Below are positions 32,201-45,459 of a DNA stretch of 64,000 nt, in pieces. The notes below the pieces were generated by a model. That model was not told the origin of the DNA. It made no database searches and saw only the letters and a list, made by a program, of their open reading frames with translations. A program made the translations under genes and the position numbers. The stretch comes from Microbotryum violaceum. Lineage: Eukaryota. The first letter of the stretch is position 1; each line of letters opens with the position of its first letter. The stretch spans positions 1,441,591 to 1,505,590 of the forward strand of contig LN717261.1 in the NCBI GenBank assembly GCA_001244265.2, in the 5' to 3' direction.

Positions 32201-33523
32201 GAGATAATTCAGAGGACCAAAAGAGAATGAGCGCTTTGGACATGTCATAGATACCAAAAGGATCTACCCCCAGTAGGTGTCGAGATATTCGATCGTGCGA
32301 AAGGTGAATGCGGTGATGCTTTCTCTTTTTCGGATTGAAGATGACGACGTCGGGAGAAGACCGTGAGCTGCCAGGGTTTGGATCTCGGGATAGCATGGGC
32401 AGTATCGTAGTTCTCGCATGCCTGCTCATGGTTGGGGGATATCAAATCAGTCCAAGACGATAGCGTAGGGGTGATTGACAAAAGATGTGCAACAGAAGCA
32501 CCTACCTGCAAAAAACAGGTTGACAACCCGGACCTTTCTGGTGACTCGGCGTTCATGACATGCGTCGCACCACTCCTCGTCGTCCGGGGAAGGGACAAAC
32601 CCGCTCTGTCGATGCACTCCTTTGGCCTTTTTCTTCATCAATAGGTACACCTGGAGAAGTTCAGCTCGTTTTGACGCCCTAGTCTTGGCTTTGGCCCTCG
32701 CATTCCGGCGACGATTGCGCTGCTTCTTGGCGTTCCTCTCGATCTGCGATGGCTTAAGTGAAGAGGGCGCTTGGTCTTGAGAAGCACCGTCTGGGTGGAA
32801 TGGCGAATGCTCCGGTCCAGATGAGTATCCACCGCCGAAGTCGCGACCGAAGTCGTAGTCGGGCTCAAAGTCGGGCGCGCTGTTAGGCTTGAAGTTGTGC
32901 TCGAAGCCGCCGGTCTCGGTGTTTAGAGGCCACGCCGTTGCGCAATCGGCAATGTGAGTCCAAGGCTCGGACGATGATTTGTGGAGGCCGGCAATGGATT
33001 TCTCCGAATGCTCCTTCCGACGACGCGTTGACCTCTGGACTGATGGTGATAGGGGAGGGCTCGGCTGACGTTTCGGACGCCTCTTCGTCGGAGAGCGGAA
33101 AATACCGAAGTTGAAGCCGAACGTCTTGTCGAACAGCTCGCTATCCGGGGACAACGATGGCTCCCTTTTCCTTACTCGCTTGGTCCATAATCTCCTCCTC
33201 TTCTTCTTCTTCGTCTTCGCCTCCTCCTCCGTTCCGACCGACGTCGTGGCCCCATTCTCGATCGTGTCCTTGTTGCTGGTCACCTTCTTCCTCCTCCTCC
33301 TCCTCCTCACGGTCGTGCTCTTCTTGCGCTTGGTCTTGTCAGTGCGTTTTCCCTTCTCTGTTCCGACTGGCGATGCTGAGCTAGGTTGTAGAGGTGGTAG
33401 TGTGTGTGGTAGGATGTCCATGCTTGAAGCGATGGGTGCGAGCCTGCAAGGCCTTGGTTGGAGGGAAGTGGGGGGAACTCGTGGTGCTGAGGCAGATGGA
33501 CCATTAGCGGGGATAAGTAGCAA
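29249..33523 (-). pseudogene. Kyakuja-Dileera-Zisupton (KDZ) transposase with N-terminal CxC cysteine cluster, intron-containing and decayed
   Basis: Minus-strand motifs in the expected order: WCDACH...C, CLACFG, IAVDGNFQHRR (about 31925-31885), GLVAAVCRHD (about 31608-31578), VAYDFACNL, MHAYAHKWSCQ, GLTDAEGAERLWSQL. Confidence 0.88.
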
Positions 33524-34086
33524 GTGCCCGGATTAGTGACCACTTTTGCCTCCGGGGGCTGGGGGTTGGCAGGGCAATGGTGCACCTAGCCCGTACCAAC
33601 GTTTTCCTGGGCCAAATCTTCAAAAAGCTCCCTAAACTCGCCGCGCGCGGGATAGTATATTTGTTAGACTTATTTTGACCCGCATAGGTGGCGCGGGCAG
33701 CCTCCGGCAGTAAGCGAAGTGCAAGCGAGTTGCACGCGCCAGCCAGCGCACTGCAAGCGCCTCACGAGACCTCGACGACCCATGCCCGGACCCCTTTTCC
33801 GGCACTTGGCTTCGTACCTCCCACTTTTTCAATAAACCCATACCCCGTGTCGCTCGTTTTCTCGGACAAAGGTCTACCACGGTGAGTGCCTGCACCTGCT
33901 CATGCCTCCAAGTCTACGACCCTTTCCCCAGTCTGCTCGCTCGGACTTGTACTTCGGAGACTGACACCGCGTGCTCTCGTTGACTCCCCACGCGGCGTAC
34001 GACGCACAGACTGCCCGCCGCCCCAGATGGCTTGGTACAGGTCGTCGTCGAGTATTGACCGACGACGATATGCCACCTCGGTCCGT

Positions 34087-35823
34087 ATGCACGACGACGG
34101 TGTAGCCAAGACGACGGACAAGGGCAAAGGCAAGGCCAACATGATGTCCGCGATTGTCGTGCCCGCCCTCGAGGACGCCACCCATCAGCGACCGCCGACG
34201 ATGACCAAGCCTCGCAAGCGCTCCTACGTCCTGCACCGCGCCTCGACGGCCTCTTCCAACGACTCCTCCAAAGCTTCGACTTCGACTCTGTCCTCGTCAT
34301 CACCGTGTACTTGCTGGTCGCGCCAAGTCACATCCCCGACCCGTGATGGCGGTAGCGCTGCCGCCGCGCCGCCCAAGTCCGGGGCAGCGAATCGATTTCC
34401 CCGCGACGGCGCTGATCGGTGCTCCGCTGATCAACACGACGCTGATCCTGACAAAGAGGAGCGAGTTGACGGCGATGGCGACGACGACGACGACGACGCC
34501 GACGACGAATCTGATGACAACGAGCCGGCCTTGACATCGACCACAACCCCATCGAGACCGACAACTGGACCTACTACACGACGCATCAGGAGTGGCTACG
34601 ACACGCGACTCGGCCACTATGACCCGTTCGGCGTGGGCCGCTCCCTTGACGGTGTGACCCCGGCTGATTTGTCGGCGGCGTCGTCGACCTCTCCTCTCCC
34701 GTCCTTGTCGCCGTCACGCCCACCCCTCTTCGATGACTCGGACGAAGACGACGACGACGACGAAACGAGTCGCATTTACTACCTCTCCAACACCGATGAC
34801 GAGGACAATGATGTGCTGTGTACTCCAACCTCGGCGGGTAGCGGCCCCGTGCGCCGTGTATCGCTCGGCCTTCTCCGCGAACCGGTCAAGACGATGGCCG
34901 TCAACGACCCGCTCCTGTCGCCCCCACCATCGCCGATGCTGATTCTGACGTTTGGTAGACAAGGGCTTAAATCGGCTTGGCTGCCCGCGTCCCCTCTCAC
35001 GACGTCCTCGGTGTCCCCCACGACCACCCCTCCGACCATCACGCCCGCGACTTCGCCTTCGTTCCCCGCCTTTCTTTCGACGAGTCCCCCCTCGATGACG
35101 TCGTCGATTTTGACTGCTGAACGCGTTCGTTCTACCTCAGGGGCGTGGGACGCTACTGTACCTGGTGGTACCACGTCCAAGCCGCTTTCTCCCGTGTCGC
35201 TGCCGCCGCCGACGACATCGACGACGGTGCCCAAAGTGTCGCTGCTGACCAAGTCGCTCCGCTCCCTCGCGATCTCGCTGCCAAATCTGCAACTCCCCGG
35301 TCTGCGCCCACCTCTTCTCTCGCTTGATCTCGAAGGTCTGGACGCCGGTGAGCGTGCACCCTGGAAAAGGCCTCACCGTGCGTCGTTCGGCGCCGTTGAT
35401 TCCTCGCTCGCGATCGCCGGTGCGACTCCGAGCGTCGAGTCGTGGGCAGAGAATGCGGACGAGGTGTTGACGATGTTTCAACTGCAAACATTTTCGGCCC
35501 CACCTTTGGCGAGCTCCGTCAACTCGCGCCAAGATCCTGCTTCGACTTCGACCTCGGCCGACCGCTCGGCGAAGAAGTCGGCGGTGCCGGTCTCGCCGGT
35601 GCCGATTGCGCCGGCTCCGACGGTGATGATGCCTCGCTATGTCTCGAACCAACGTCACTTGCTGATGCTTTCGCTCGAGTTGGAGATGATGCGTCGCCAC
35701 AAGATCAGCGCGCCGTTGAAGGGCAGGGCCGTCGTCGTTCGTGTGGCGACGCCACCGAGGGGTTCGAGTCCGATGTCGAGCGGTGGGAGTGGGTTGAGGT
35801 GGGAGGTGATGCCTGCTGTTTGA
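34087..35823 (+). CDS. Ser/Pro/Thr-rich hypothetical fungal protein (start codon uncertain)
   Basis: Long uninterrupted ORF with an ordered-looking C-terminal block PRYVSNQRHLLMLSLELEMMRRHKISAPLKGRA. Confidence 0.75.
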   Translation: MHDDGVAKTTDKGKGKANMMSAIVVPALEDATHQRPPTMTKPRKRSYVLHRASTASSNDSSKASTSTLSSSSPCTCWSRQVTSPTRDGGSAAAAPPKSGAANRFPRDGADRCSADQHDADPDKEERVDGDGDDDDDDADDESDDNEPALTSTTTPSRPTTGPTTRRIRSGYDTRLGHYDPFGVGRSLDGVTPADLSAASSTSPLPSLSPSRPPLFDDSDEDDDDDETSRIYYLSNTDDEDNDVLCTPTSAGSGPVRRVSLGLLREPVKTMAVNDPLLSPPPSPMLILTFGRQGLKSAWLPASPLTTSSVSPTTTPPTITPATSPSFPAFLSTSPPSMTSSILTAERVRSTSGAWDATVPGGTTSKPLSPVSLPPPTTSTTVPKVSLLTKSLRSLAISLPNLQLPGLRPPLLSLDLEGLDAGERAPWKRPHRASFGAVDSSLAIAGATPSVESWAENADEVLTMFQLQTFSAPPLASSVNSRQDPASTSTSADRSAKKSAVPVSPVPIAPAPTVMMPRYVSNQRHLLMLSLELEMMRRHKISAPLKGRAVVVRVATPPRGSSPMSSGGSGLRWEVMPAV

Positions 35824-36237
35824 GGAGACGGTCTGTGGGGCTTGTTTAGACCTGTTTTTATATCTCTCTTTGTTCTAGATGTACCCTTGTTGTCTTTCAT
35901 ACGCACACTTACGATGATCCTCGGATCTTTGGCCGCTCCTTTTTCTTCTTGTAAACTTGACTGTTGTACGTGCTCAGTAAGGATGGGAGAGGGTATGGGA
36001 TTTATGCGAGAGTTTTTATTCGCGATTGACAAATGTGCATGACATACATGACAGATGAGTCAGCTCATTGAAATCGATGTGATCGATCGAATGCGCGGGC
36101 GGAGGCGGGCGGAGGCGGGCGGCTACTGCGGCCGAAGTCTGGCCACTCCTTTCCTTTCGGCTTGCTTCCCCTTACTCCCACCTACATCAGCGTGCGCCCC
36201 GAATCCACAGGGCATCTCATTTCTCGATTCGCCCAGG

Positions 36238-38572
36238 ATGGCTGCTATGAAGGGTAGGTCCCCTCACGAGGTCGTACGATCTGCGCCGCTTCTGCAGATG
36301 TTCCCCCACCCCACCTCCGGCCGCTTCGCCGGCTTCGATCGCATCGTCATCACGTCACCGTGCGGAGAGATCTGTCTGCTCATAACTCCTGTCCGTCTCC
36401 TCCCTCACTCAGCCGCGCAGTTCGGCCTCTCCCGTCTTCAAAACGAGAAACCGCACTCTTCGATATCGGCCTTGATCGACATCCTCACCTTGGACAAGTA
36501 CGACGAGGATGATTATGAGGGCATCACCGAGTTGGTCGAGGTCACCAATCTGCAGGCGACGGGACCAGCGGAGGCCTCGAGGGCGATTAGAAAGAAACTC
36601 AAGGTATGACTCTTGGGTACAAGGATTGATGAGGACCTAGAGGCATGCTGATCTGTGGGAGAATCGTACTTGGGTGTGCAGTATAGCAACGTGCACGGAC
36701 AGTTGAGGGCCTTGACGGTCAGTGCTCAGCATGCCACCAAGACCGCGTGTTGCAGGGTGGAGGCTGAAGAGCGGTGATGACGTTTATACACACAGATCCT
36801 CAAAGCACTGGTTGAGAATTGTGGCACCAAATTTCAATGTAGGTCTCATCTTCTACAATGGCCTCCTCCGCCAGTGTCCCCACCTTCTCTAGACTGATCA
36901 AACCTGCTCCATTCCTCAATCCTATCCCTCTCTTCCCCGAATACAGCCACTTTCGCCAACGAGAGTCTCGTTGAGCGCATCAAGCTCATGGCCGGGGACC
37001 CGCACACCGACGAACGCGTCAAAAAGAAGATCATGGCCACCCTCGCCAGTTGGTACCGCCAGTTTAAGGACGACCCGAGGATGCAGCTCGTTGCGGGATT
37101 GTATGCGTGTTGCGGTGGTGGGAAGAAGGTGCGAAAGAAGCTCGTCAAGTCTTGATCTGCTCGTCTGTGCAAGGACGATCCATGCTGAAGGAAGAAGCGT
37201 TTGTCTCGTACAGGCCACCACACGAACGGGCGCGACCGAGGCGTACGAACGAGAACGCAGGCGCTACGAGGAAGAGGTCGCCGCAAGGACGGAGCGGAAA
37301 GCCGCCGAACAGAGGGCCAAGTTGAAACGGATGGAGGCGGAATGTAAAGCGAGGGAAGAGGCCAAGAACAAGGCCAAGAAGGGCTATGCGCCCAAAACGA
37401 GGAGACCCAAGTTTGATTTTCAGGCTGTGAGTATCGGGGACAGATGCGAATGGTCTGCCGGAGGTAGGTGGCGTACGTTGCGAGCTGATTTTTCTTGTTG
37501 ATGGAACCGATAGGAGAAACCCAAGATCATGAGTGCCGTAGGATCGGGAACCCAAGCCGCACAAGCGTGAGTGCAAACTAGCACGGCGGGCAATTCTTCA
37601 CTTTCGGAACCGCTCACCTTGACTCCCTTTCTTTGTGATTACCGCAGCCTCATTAACGCCCTCCAACTTGTGAACCGAGAAAAGGAATCCGTCACGACCA
37701 CCGCCCGTGTCCAGGAATGCCTCGCCAAGGCCAAAGCCGATCGCAAAGTCGTCGTGCGCTACATCCAACTCGTCGATAGCGACGTCGAAGGCGACTACAT
37801 CGGCGCCTTGATCGCGACGAACGAACAAGTCCTCGTGGCGTTGGCACTGTACGATCGTATGTCCAAACCGATCGATTTGGATTCCGACGATGAGGAGATC
37901 GCTCAGGCCAAGATGGAGTCGGAACGATCGGGGTTGACCGTTCCTAGCAGTGGTGGACGGGGTGATGCGGATGATGACGATACGACCTCGATCCGATCTC
38001 GCCTCTCGGCATTTGAGATGCAGGATCGCGAAGTTGACAAGTTGCAGATCCGTCAGAGGCAACGCGTACAGAGGGCCGTCTCGAATCGCCAGATGCCGAC
38101 GCTGCATCCTGATCTGCAGGATCTGGCGTTCGGGTCCTCGTCCGCTGCAGGAGCGCACTTGCCTCCTCCCATTGTGCCGAGGTCACGCGAGGATACTTAT
38201 CGACATGGGTCGCTTTCGGACTACTCGGATTCGGAGGACGATTATCTCTCTTCAGATGGCGAACCGTACCATGGAGCAGGCGCACCACCGACTTCGGCCT
38301 CCGCTTCAACCTCGGCAGCGGGCCAACACGCGAACGCGAGCGCCGTCGCTTCAGGAGGGAGTGCCAAGAGTTATGCGCAGTTCATCCAAGCTGAAGATAG
38401 GAAGGCCGGCAAGGGAAAGGGATTGTTGGATGACCTGGAGGAGGATGACCCGTTCGCCGATCCGACGGATGATGATGGCGCGAGTTTGATGAGCGTCAAC
38501 ACGCCGGGTCTGAATGAGGGCAAAAAGGATGGATTGGAAGCAGATTTGATGGAGAGGTTCTTCCTTCGGTAA
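36238..38572 (+). CDS. LSB5: VHS and GAT domain endocytic adaptor, Lsb5-like (multi-exon)
   Basis: Spliced VHS: EASRAIRKKLK|YSNVHGQLRALT|ILKALVENCG...KKKIMATLASW. GAT: LINALQLVNRE...IGALIATNEQVLVALALYD. C-terminal DPFADP. Canonical GT-AG introns. Confidence 0.85.
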
Positions 38573-38935
38573 TGAAACGCTGGGTTGGTGACTTGCGGGG
38601 AAGCAGCAGAGAGCTTGGACAGAGATGTTTTGTTATATCCACTCGCTTGTAATGGTATTCACACCACACGCAATGGCGCAATGGCGTACGCAGTCTGTTC
38701 AACAGGCCAAGCGGTCATCTGATGGGGAATTAATTTGACACCGTCGATTTGAAATAATTGGAACAGAGACCCACGCAGTGATAAGGGTACAGAAATGGAT
38801 TGAGCCGTGTCGTCTCGAAGTCTAGAGCGAGCATAAGCAATGGAGGGAACCAAGATACAAAGACATGGAGAGTTCCTACAGAAGCACGACCAATTATGAA
38901 ATAGGGAAGGAACAACGCGATAGCATCCTCTCAGC

Positions 38936-41900
38936 TCAAGGAGAACCCCTTCAGGACATTCGGTGGATGGAGGGAACGGTCAGCCAGGTAACTCAAATTA
39001 TGGAAATGGCTGCGGCGAGGCTCACATGGTCATCAAATCGCCCAAACGCGACAGGGCCACCGTTTCCCGACTGCGAGGTGCCAACATGCTGTGATGCTCG
39101 GGAAAGGCGGGAAGAGGAGGCCAATCTTGGCTGGGAGTGGTGGGTGCGACCCGCTCCTCGATGTCCAGCTCCTCGACCGGGGGAAGAGAAGGGGACAACG
39201 GCGCAGTGCCCGCAAAGTGGTCGAGGGAAGGTAAGTGTGACTTGCTCGTCGAAGCGACAGATTGTGTCTCGTCCTCCGAGCCGGCACCGTTCATCATCGA
39301 TTCTTCGTCACCAAAGTCGATTTCGTTCATCTGGGACAACAGTTGGTCGATATCGGCGCTGAGCCGATGGCGAGGTCGCATTCGACTAAAACGTGCTGCG
39401 TTGTTGGGTCGAGTGTAGCCCTGTTCGTCCCTCAAGGCCGAAGGGGTGGCTGGAGCAGAGGTCGGGTGAACTCCGGGGGAAGATGGGATGCGGCCGGGTG
39501 TGACGGGATTATAGTCCGAGATAGGCGACCGGATCGCCAAATCGGAATCGAATGATCCAGTTTCCAGTGAGAAAGCCGAGCCCATGAAGGTCTCCGAGTT
39601 GAGCGTCGGGGATGAGGGAAGTAGCGGCTCGAACGTACGTGCGGGCCTAAGGGACGAGGCGCGACCGAAGACGGGCAAAGACGGTCGCAGCGAGACAACA
39701 TCCGCGACCGATCGGGGTGACAAGGCGGAGAATTCGATATCTCCCGCAGGTGATGATGATTGTTCGTACAAGGAAGGCGGGTGCTGGACGATCCTCGGCG
39801 AGTTGGCGTCGTGCGCGGAGGTCGTGCTCCTGGAGAATAATTCGGCTCGAATCTCTTCGATGGCTTGTGCGGGGGCCACGACCGCCAGTGGAGCAGCATC
39901 TGACGGCTGGAAGGCACGGGTCTCGTCATTTTGAGATAACCGCACAGGGAAAGCGGCTTCGGACGGGAGAAGTGGCGAGGCGGGTGGACTCGCGACATCT
40001 GATGGTGCGTAGAGGATGTTTGGGTTAGTCAATTAGTTCTGGGGACTCAGAGCGAGCAAGTCAAAAGCTACTCACTTCCGGTTGTCGTCTTGGGACTCTT
40101 GCTGAACAATCCATTCAACTTGCTGAATGTCGACTTGCCGAAGAATGCCGGACTCTTGGTAGTCTGGTCAACAACATCGGTGTTTTCTTGCCATGCTGCC
40201 TTACTGGGCTTACTGTTGCGAGCTGACTTGGCCGAAGACCGGGATGACCGCGAAGGCAAGCTATCGGTCTCGGCTTTCAAGTTGGCAGCTGTTGGGGCCG
40301 ATCCATCACCAACCACCGGTACGGGTGGCGGTGGCGGCACGTCGCTTAGAATTTTGGCATCCGAAGCGACGGGAACCTGAGCATCGGCCATGAACGCGAG
40401 CGGGTGTACGAAGCGATCGAAGTGCTGCGGCATCGGTGACGGTGGCAAAGGGATCTGGCGAGGGCTCGAATCGGCTCGCCTGCTTAAGCTCGTAGATCGC
40501 GGCGTTCGTGTCGTTTCAGGTAGATCGGAATAGAAACCACCAGATCGAGGGGAAGACGGCGCCTCTTCGAGCGAGGGTCTAGACGGTGATGCGCTTCCTT
40601 CGGTGTCAAACAAGCGCAGTGGAGGCAGAAGCGGAGCATCTGGAAGCGGAGCATCTGCCTCCGTCACCGTCCGAGTGTGTTGACTGAACTCTGTCGCTAA
40701 ACTGGCTTTGCGAGGGGGGACGATCACACGGGCTGCGGGCTCCTCCACGTCTGACGAGACCGACGGGACCAAAGGCGAAGCGTTACCGTAACGGAACAGA
40801 GGTCGGCTAGATAGCGTGGGAGACGGCAGTGGATGGACAGTGGAGAATTTGGGCGGCTCAAGATTGATGGAGAGGGAGCTCGGTTCGGCATTTGCCGCAG
40901 ACACAGGAGTAGTCTCGGGAACCGCATGGAGAGAGGAAACCACGGCCGAACACGCATTGCTAGGCGCTTCTTGTTGGGGCAAAGGAACGAGAGCGGGAGC
41001 GTGAATGGGAAAACCGATCGGAGTGGCATCGTCCCGGGCCGAGAGCAGGGGTGAAGTCGGTACACGACGGCGAGATGTGGTCGGGGACAGGTCGGCCAAC
41101 GCGCGCTCCAGATCATCCAAGTTTTCCATTAGACCAACGGTTGAGTCCCGCTCTGGCTCATCAATTTCGACATTGGCGATTGAGGCTATGGAAGATGAGG
41201 CCGACAGCGACTTGTCCACAACCGGCGGAATGTTCGTCCAGCCTTGTCGTTGCTTGCGCACAGGGACGGAACTGGGGAAAGACTCGACTGTGGAAGGGGC
41301 GTTTGTCTCGATGGTAGGTGGCTCGTCGTCCGCAAGCCGGGGCCACGGCGAGCCCTGCGGAGAAGGGAATGCGGCGAGCACATCGGGCGAATGTCGCTTT
41401 CCCGCTGGTGGCGACAGATCCTCGTTGTCAGAGGTGGTTGTCGCTGCAAACAGTCTTGTTGATTCTGCAGAGGTGGCTGCCGAGTCTAGACGGATGGGCG
41501 ACGCTAGACTCCGGTTGACGGGCCGAGGCGTAGAGTCGATCTAAATTGGCGTGCGCCAAAGGAAGATGGATCAGTTTGGGATGGGTTCTCGTTGCTATAT
41601 GGCACGCGCTCTCGAAACTAACTTTGAGCAAGTTTTGGACGTCGGCAATGTCATCCTGCGCTGGCATACTCTCATGGTCCTCTTCAGTCTCAATGCGTTC
41701 TTCGAGGACGCCTTCGGGAGCGGTTGAAGCCAGGGAAGCAACGCGCGTATGTTGAAGACCTAAACTGGTGATCTCGCTCGCCTCCTGGCTCGGCGCTGGC
41801 TCAGGATGGGTGCCATCATCGGCAATCTCTCTCCATATCCGTTCGTCAGATCCGAAAATGTCGCTCAAAGGGTCGGGGCCGACATCGAAGTTGCGGGTCG

Positions 41901-44900
41901 GAACACGTTTGATGACTCCTTCTGAGTCCGCGTAGTGCAACATTTCAGAGTCCATCGTTTGGCGATGGAACGCGTCGGGTGGATCCATCGGGGATGCGAA
42001 GGAAGTGTCGGCCTCGTCCGGAACGGGATCCGACGAATTTTGATACTCGACAGATTCTCGTTGTTGCAAAGTCGATGCACTCGATGGCTTTCCGGTAATG
42101 ACATTGTTGTCGTCGTCATCGAGCGGTCTATACGATTGAGTGAGTCCTTGATCGGAAGCCAAATCGTCGTCGTCATTTTCATCCCCCAGATTTGCGTATC
42201 CGTGCTGCTCTCCGCCCCGCTCACTCGAAGACGAATTTTGCAAAGAGGAAGCATAAGACGATCGCATTGAGTCACGACCGTCGTCCAGTGGAGCGTGTTC
42301 GAGTTCATTTACCTGGCCCTCGCTTGTCGGAGCACTTGGCTGCAAAGTCGGCTCCTGGCTCGAAGTGACAAGTTCGCACGCTCTGTCGGTAGCAAGGTCT
42401 TCATCGTCGTCACTGTGACCGGCCATCGCTGCGAGGGGGTACGCTGATGCGGCCGAAGGTGAAAGCAGGGAGGACCGCGAGCCAAGATGGCCGGGCAAGC
42501 TGTCGAAAGCTGCGATGGGTTTCGCGCTGGATGCCTCTGTCGGATGATGTTGAGTAGACGAGGTCCTGGCGATCTGCGTCGCTGCGGAAGCCGCCCCTAC
42601 TCCCAAGGCCCCGAGTTCCAGCGGCTTCAGTCCACTGCCGCGAGCTGTGGCTGATGCGGGAGCAGAAAGTGTCTCGGATCCATCTACAGGCAGCTCTGAC
42701 TTGAGATCCAGGATTGGCTCCTTGGTGTGCTCAACAGGGAATCGCCGCTCAGGTACGGTGGAGGAAGATGCGGAAGTGAATCTCGAGACGGCGGGCGGAT
42801 GACCGGGCAAAGAGTCCGCTGCAAAGGCATGCACTGCGGGACTGCTCCGCAACGACTCGTCTCCGCTCCGCGAGGTATCAGGTGCACAACGGCCGAGCTC
42901 GTGGGTCGAGGGTTTTGGATCCGTGGTCGTTGTCATCGCCGGTACTGATGGGGATAGCGAGGCCCCGGCTATCCAGTTCTCGTACCATTTACTGCGACCG
43001 CCTTGCCTGCGGTCGATGTCGAACTCAACCTTGCCGACCACAACTGCTGGTCCAACCCCGGAGGAGCTCGTCGAAAAGCTTCTGAGCGAAGTCGCTCGTC
43101 CTGACGTTTGGTACATCCGTGAACTGATGGATCGAACCGACTGGCGTGATGGGTGTCGCATATTGGGCTGGGAAGCGAACGAGCTGAGCTGGGGAGCGAT
43201 ACCGTTATCACCACGCGACGATGCAGCCGAGGAGAAGCGAGGATTGTTTGACGGGTGGCCGCGACCAATGCTGTGGCTCGCGCTCGATGGTGACCGAGCA
43301 GCGACACTCGACGGACAGGTCGAAGTTCCTGCCGTCGTGGCACTGCCGATCTGGCTCGTACCGACCGAGGCCGATCGATCTCCGGCTCCCGCAGCCGTAC
43401 TCGAGTACGTCGAGCTCTCGTGATCCCCGGTGTCACTCGAGAAGCTGGCCCTTTCCAGATCGCCGTCAGGCCCATCGCTGCCACCCACGTTGTCCTCATC
43501 CGAAGCTGGCCCAGTATGTCGTTGCGTCTGCGGCGGCGACAAGGCATCGGTTCCGGTGAAACTCGACTGGTGATGGTGGTAGCCTCGATGGCTGAGCGGA
43601 ATCGGAGGTACAGGAGGGGCGTAGTCGTCGTCGTATTCGTCGTCGGTATCTCCCGGCCCAGTCGAAAAGCCCGCGCCATCTTCTTCGAACAAGCGACTCC
43701 ACAGCAAAGACCATGCTTCTTCGCCAATACGAGGTCCTTCGGCCCCTGCGAGACCTGCACTTCCGGGCAGTGGAGTGGCGGTCACTGAGAATGGGTCCAT
43801 CGTCGACAAGAGGTAGATGACGATGCCTCCTGTCGAGGGTAGCCCGTACTCGCGCGCGATCGCGGCCAGCTGGGATGAGAGCGTCGGGTACAGCGGAACG
43901 AGTGTCCCTCGCCTGGCAGAGTTAAAAGGAATCGAGGAGACAACACAAGAGAATGAAAGTAGCAGAAAAAATACCAATGGCGGCCGTCTCAGCAAATCCC
44001 GTCCGTTTCAGGTCTCGGTTATCGTCTGTCTAGACTCACTTGAAATGCTGCGGAGGGCCGTAGCCAGAGCAGTGTTGCGATGTCCTCGGGTGCGGTGGGT
44101 CGTGGGGGATATGGTCCGGCGGAATGACGGTCAAAAGATACCGTGGACCGGTCGAGCTCGAAGTCGATGCCATGGCGCCGGTCGTTGCATGCTGACCGAT
44201 CATGCTGGATCGCAGCAGAAGCCTCTTCACAGGCGGCGAGACCGAAACACCCGCGGCCGAAGCGCCTGGTTGAGCGAGCAGGAACAGGGACTAGTCAGCT
44301 CGCCATCCGTTGTACATTTTGACTAGATCGAGACCCTATTCGTTGCAATGGAGCCATATTGCAGTTGAGGCGGGTCATTAATGTGTTTTGACTTGCCTGC
44401 TGTGGATGCAGAGCTCGAGAAGATCGCTCCTCGAAGGTCACTGAAGCTGGATCGCGAGCGAGATCGCGCAGGTGAGAGCGTGCTCGAGAAGGACGGGGAT
44501 TCGACAAAACTTGCAGGGTGACTGCGATACAAGATGGTCGCCCTGGGTCGATTGCTCGAGACTACGGTGCTGGCGCTGCGGGACGAGGACGGATGCGCGC
44601 TTCGCGACGGCGGCGCTTGCGAGGATGACGACGGCGACGGCGACGGCGCCGGTGAACACGACGAAGACGCTGGCGATACAAGTGGTATCCGGTTCGAGCT
44701 TGGTGCAGAGTTCGGTGAGAAGAGAGCTAGCGCTGGATCGACGTCGGGGCCGCTGGTTGGGGTAGCAGAGCTGGCGCTCGCAAGCTGGGCAAGACGCGGC
44801 GCGGGTCGCAAGGGGTTGCTGCCGCTGCTGCTTGCGCGGGTCGTGGGCGCTAGTTCGGTGGAATCCCTTTGCTGCGAATCGGTCGAGGCGCCCGTGTCCC

Positions 44901-45459
44901 GGTCCGCGCTGACACGGAGACCGACGTCGGCGGCTGCATCTGCTGCAACTGCAACGGCATCTTCGGCGTCAAAACCCAGTTTCATGTCTTGATGTACGGG
45001 ATCGACACGTTTTTGCGTCGTAGTCTGCGTCGCCGCACTCTGCATAAACATATAGGTCCGGGGCGAAGTTGCATTCGGATCGATCGAGTGCGGACTCGAT
45101 TCGACGGCGGCAGCAGGCGCGGCGCGGGGAAGATCATCTTCCGACATGGACGCGTCTTCCCGTAGCGGTAAAAGTGGAGCAGCCCACGACGGTGCATCGC
45201 TGTGGCTGGTCGGCGCGGTTGGCGATGCTGGATTCGAACGGGGCAATAATACGGACCGGGGACTGTTGATGTCAATCGTGGTCAAGGGTGCCGTCTGTAC
45301 GAGCTGCAGCGGTGTCGGCCGGCGCGATCGTGGGCTCCGCGTCTTTGCGTTGGCGAATGCTCCAAACGCCGACGTGACGCTCGCTTTCACCGCCAACTCG
45401 GACTCGGCGCCGAACGCGTGCTCACAGGTCGGTACAGGTGAGGCGGTTACGGTCGCCAT
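38936..45459 (-). CDS. Large low-complexity hypothetical protein with a conserved-looking N-terminal domain (multi-exon)
   Basis: Collinear ORFs 44323-45459, 44036-44230, 41428-43995, 40068-41381 and 39022-40032 separated by GT-AG introns. Block RYLLTVIPP...RGTLVPLYPTLSSQLAAIAREYGLPSTGGIVIYL. Last exon tentative. Confidence 0.8.
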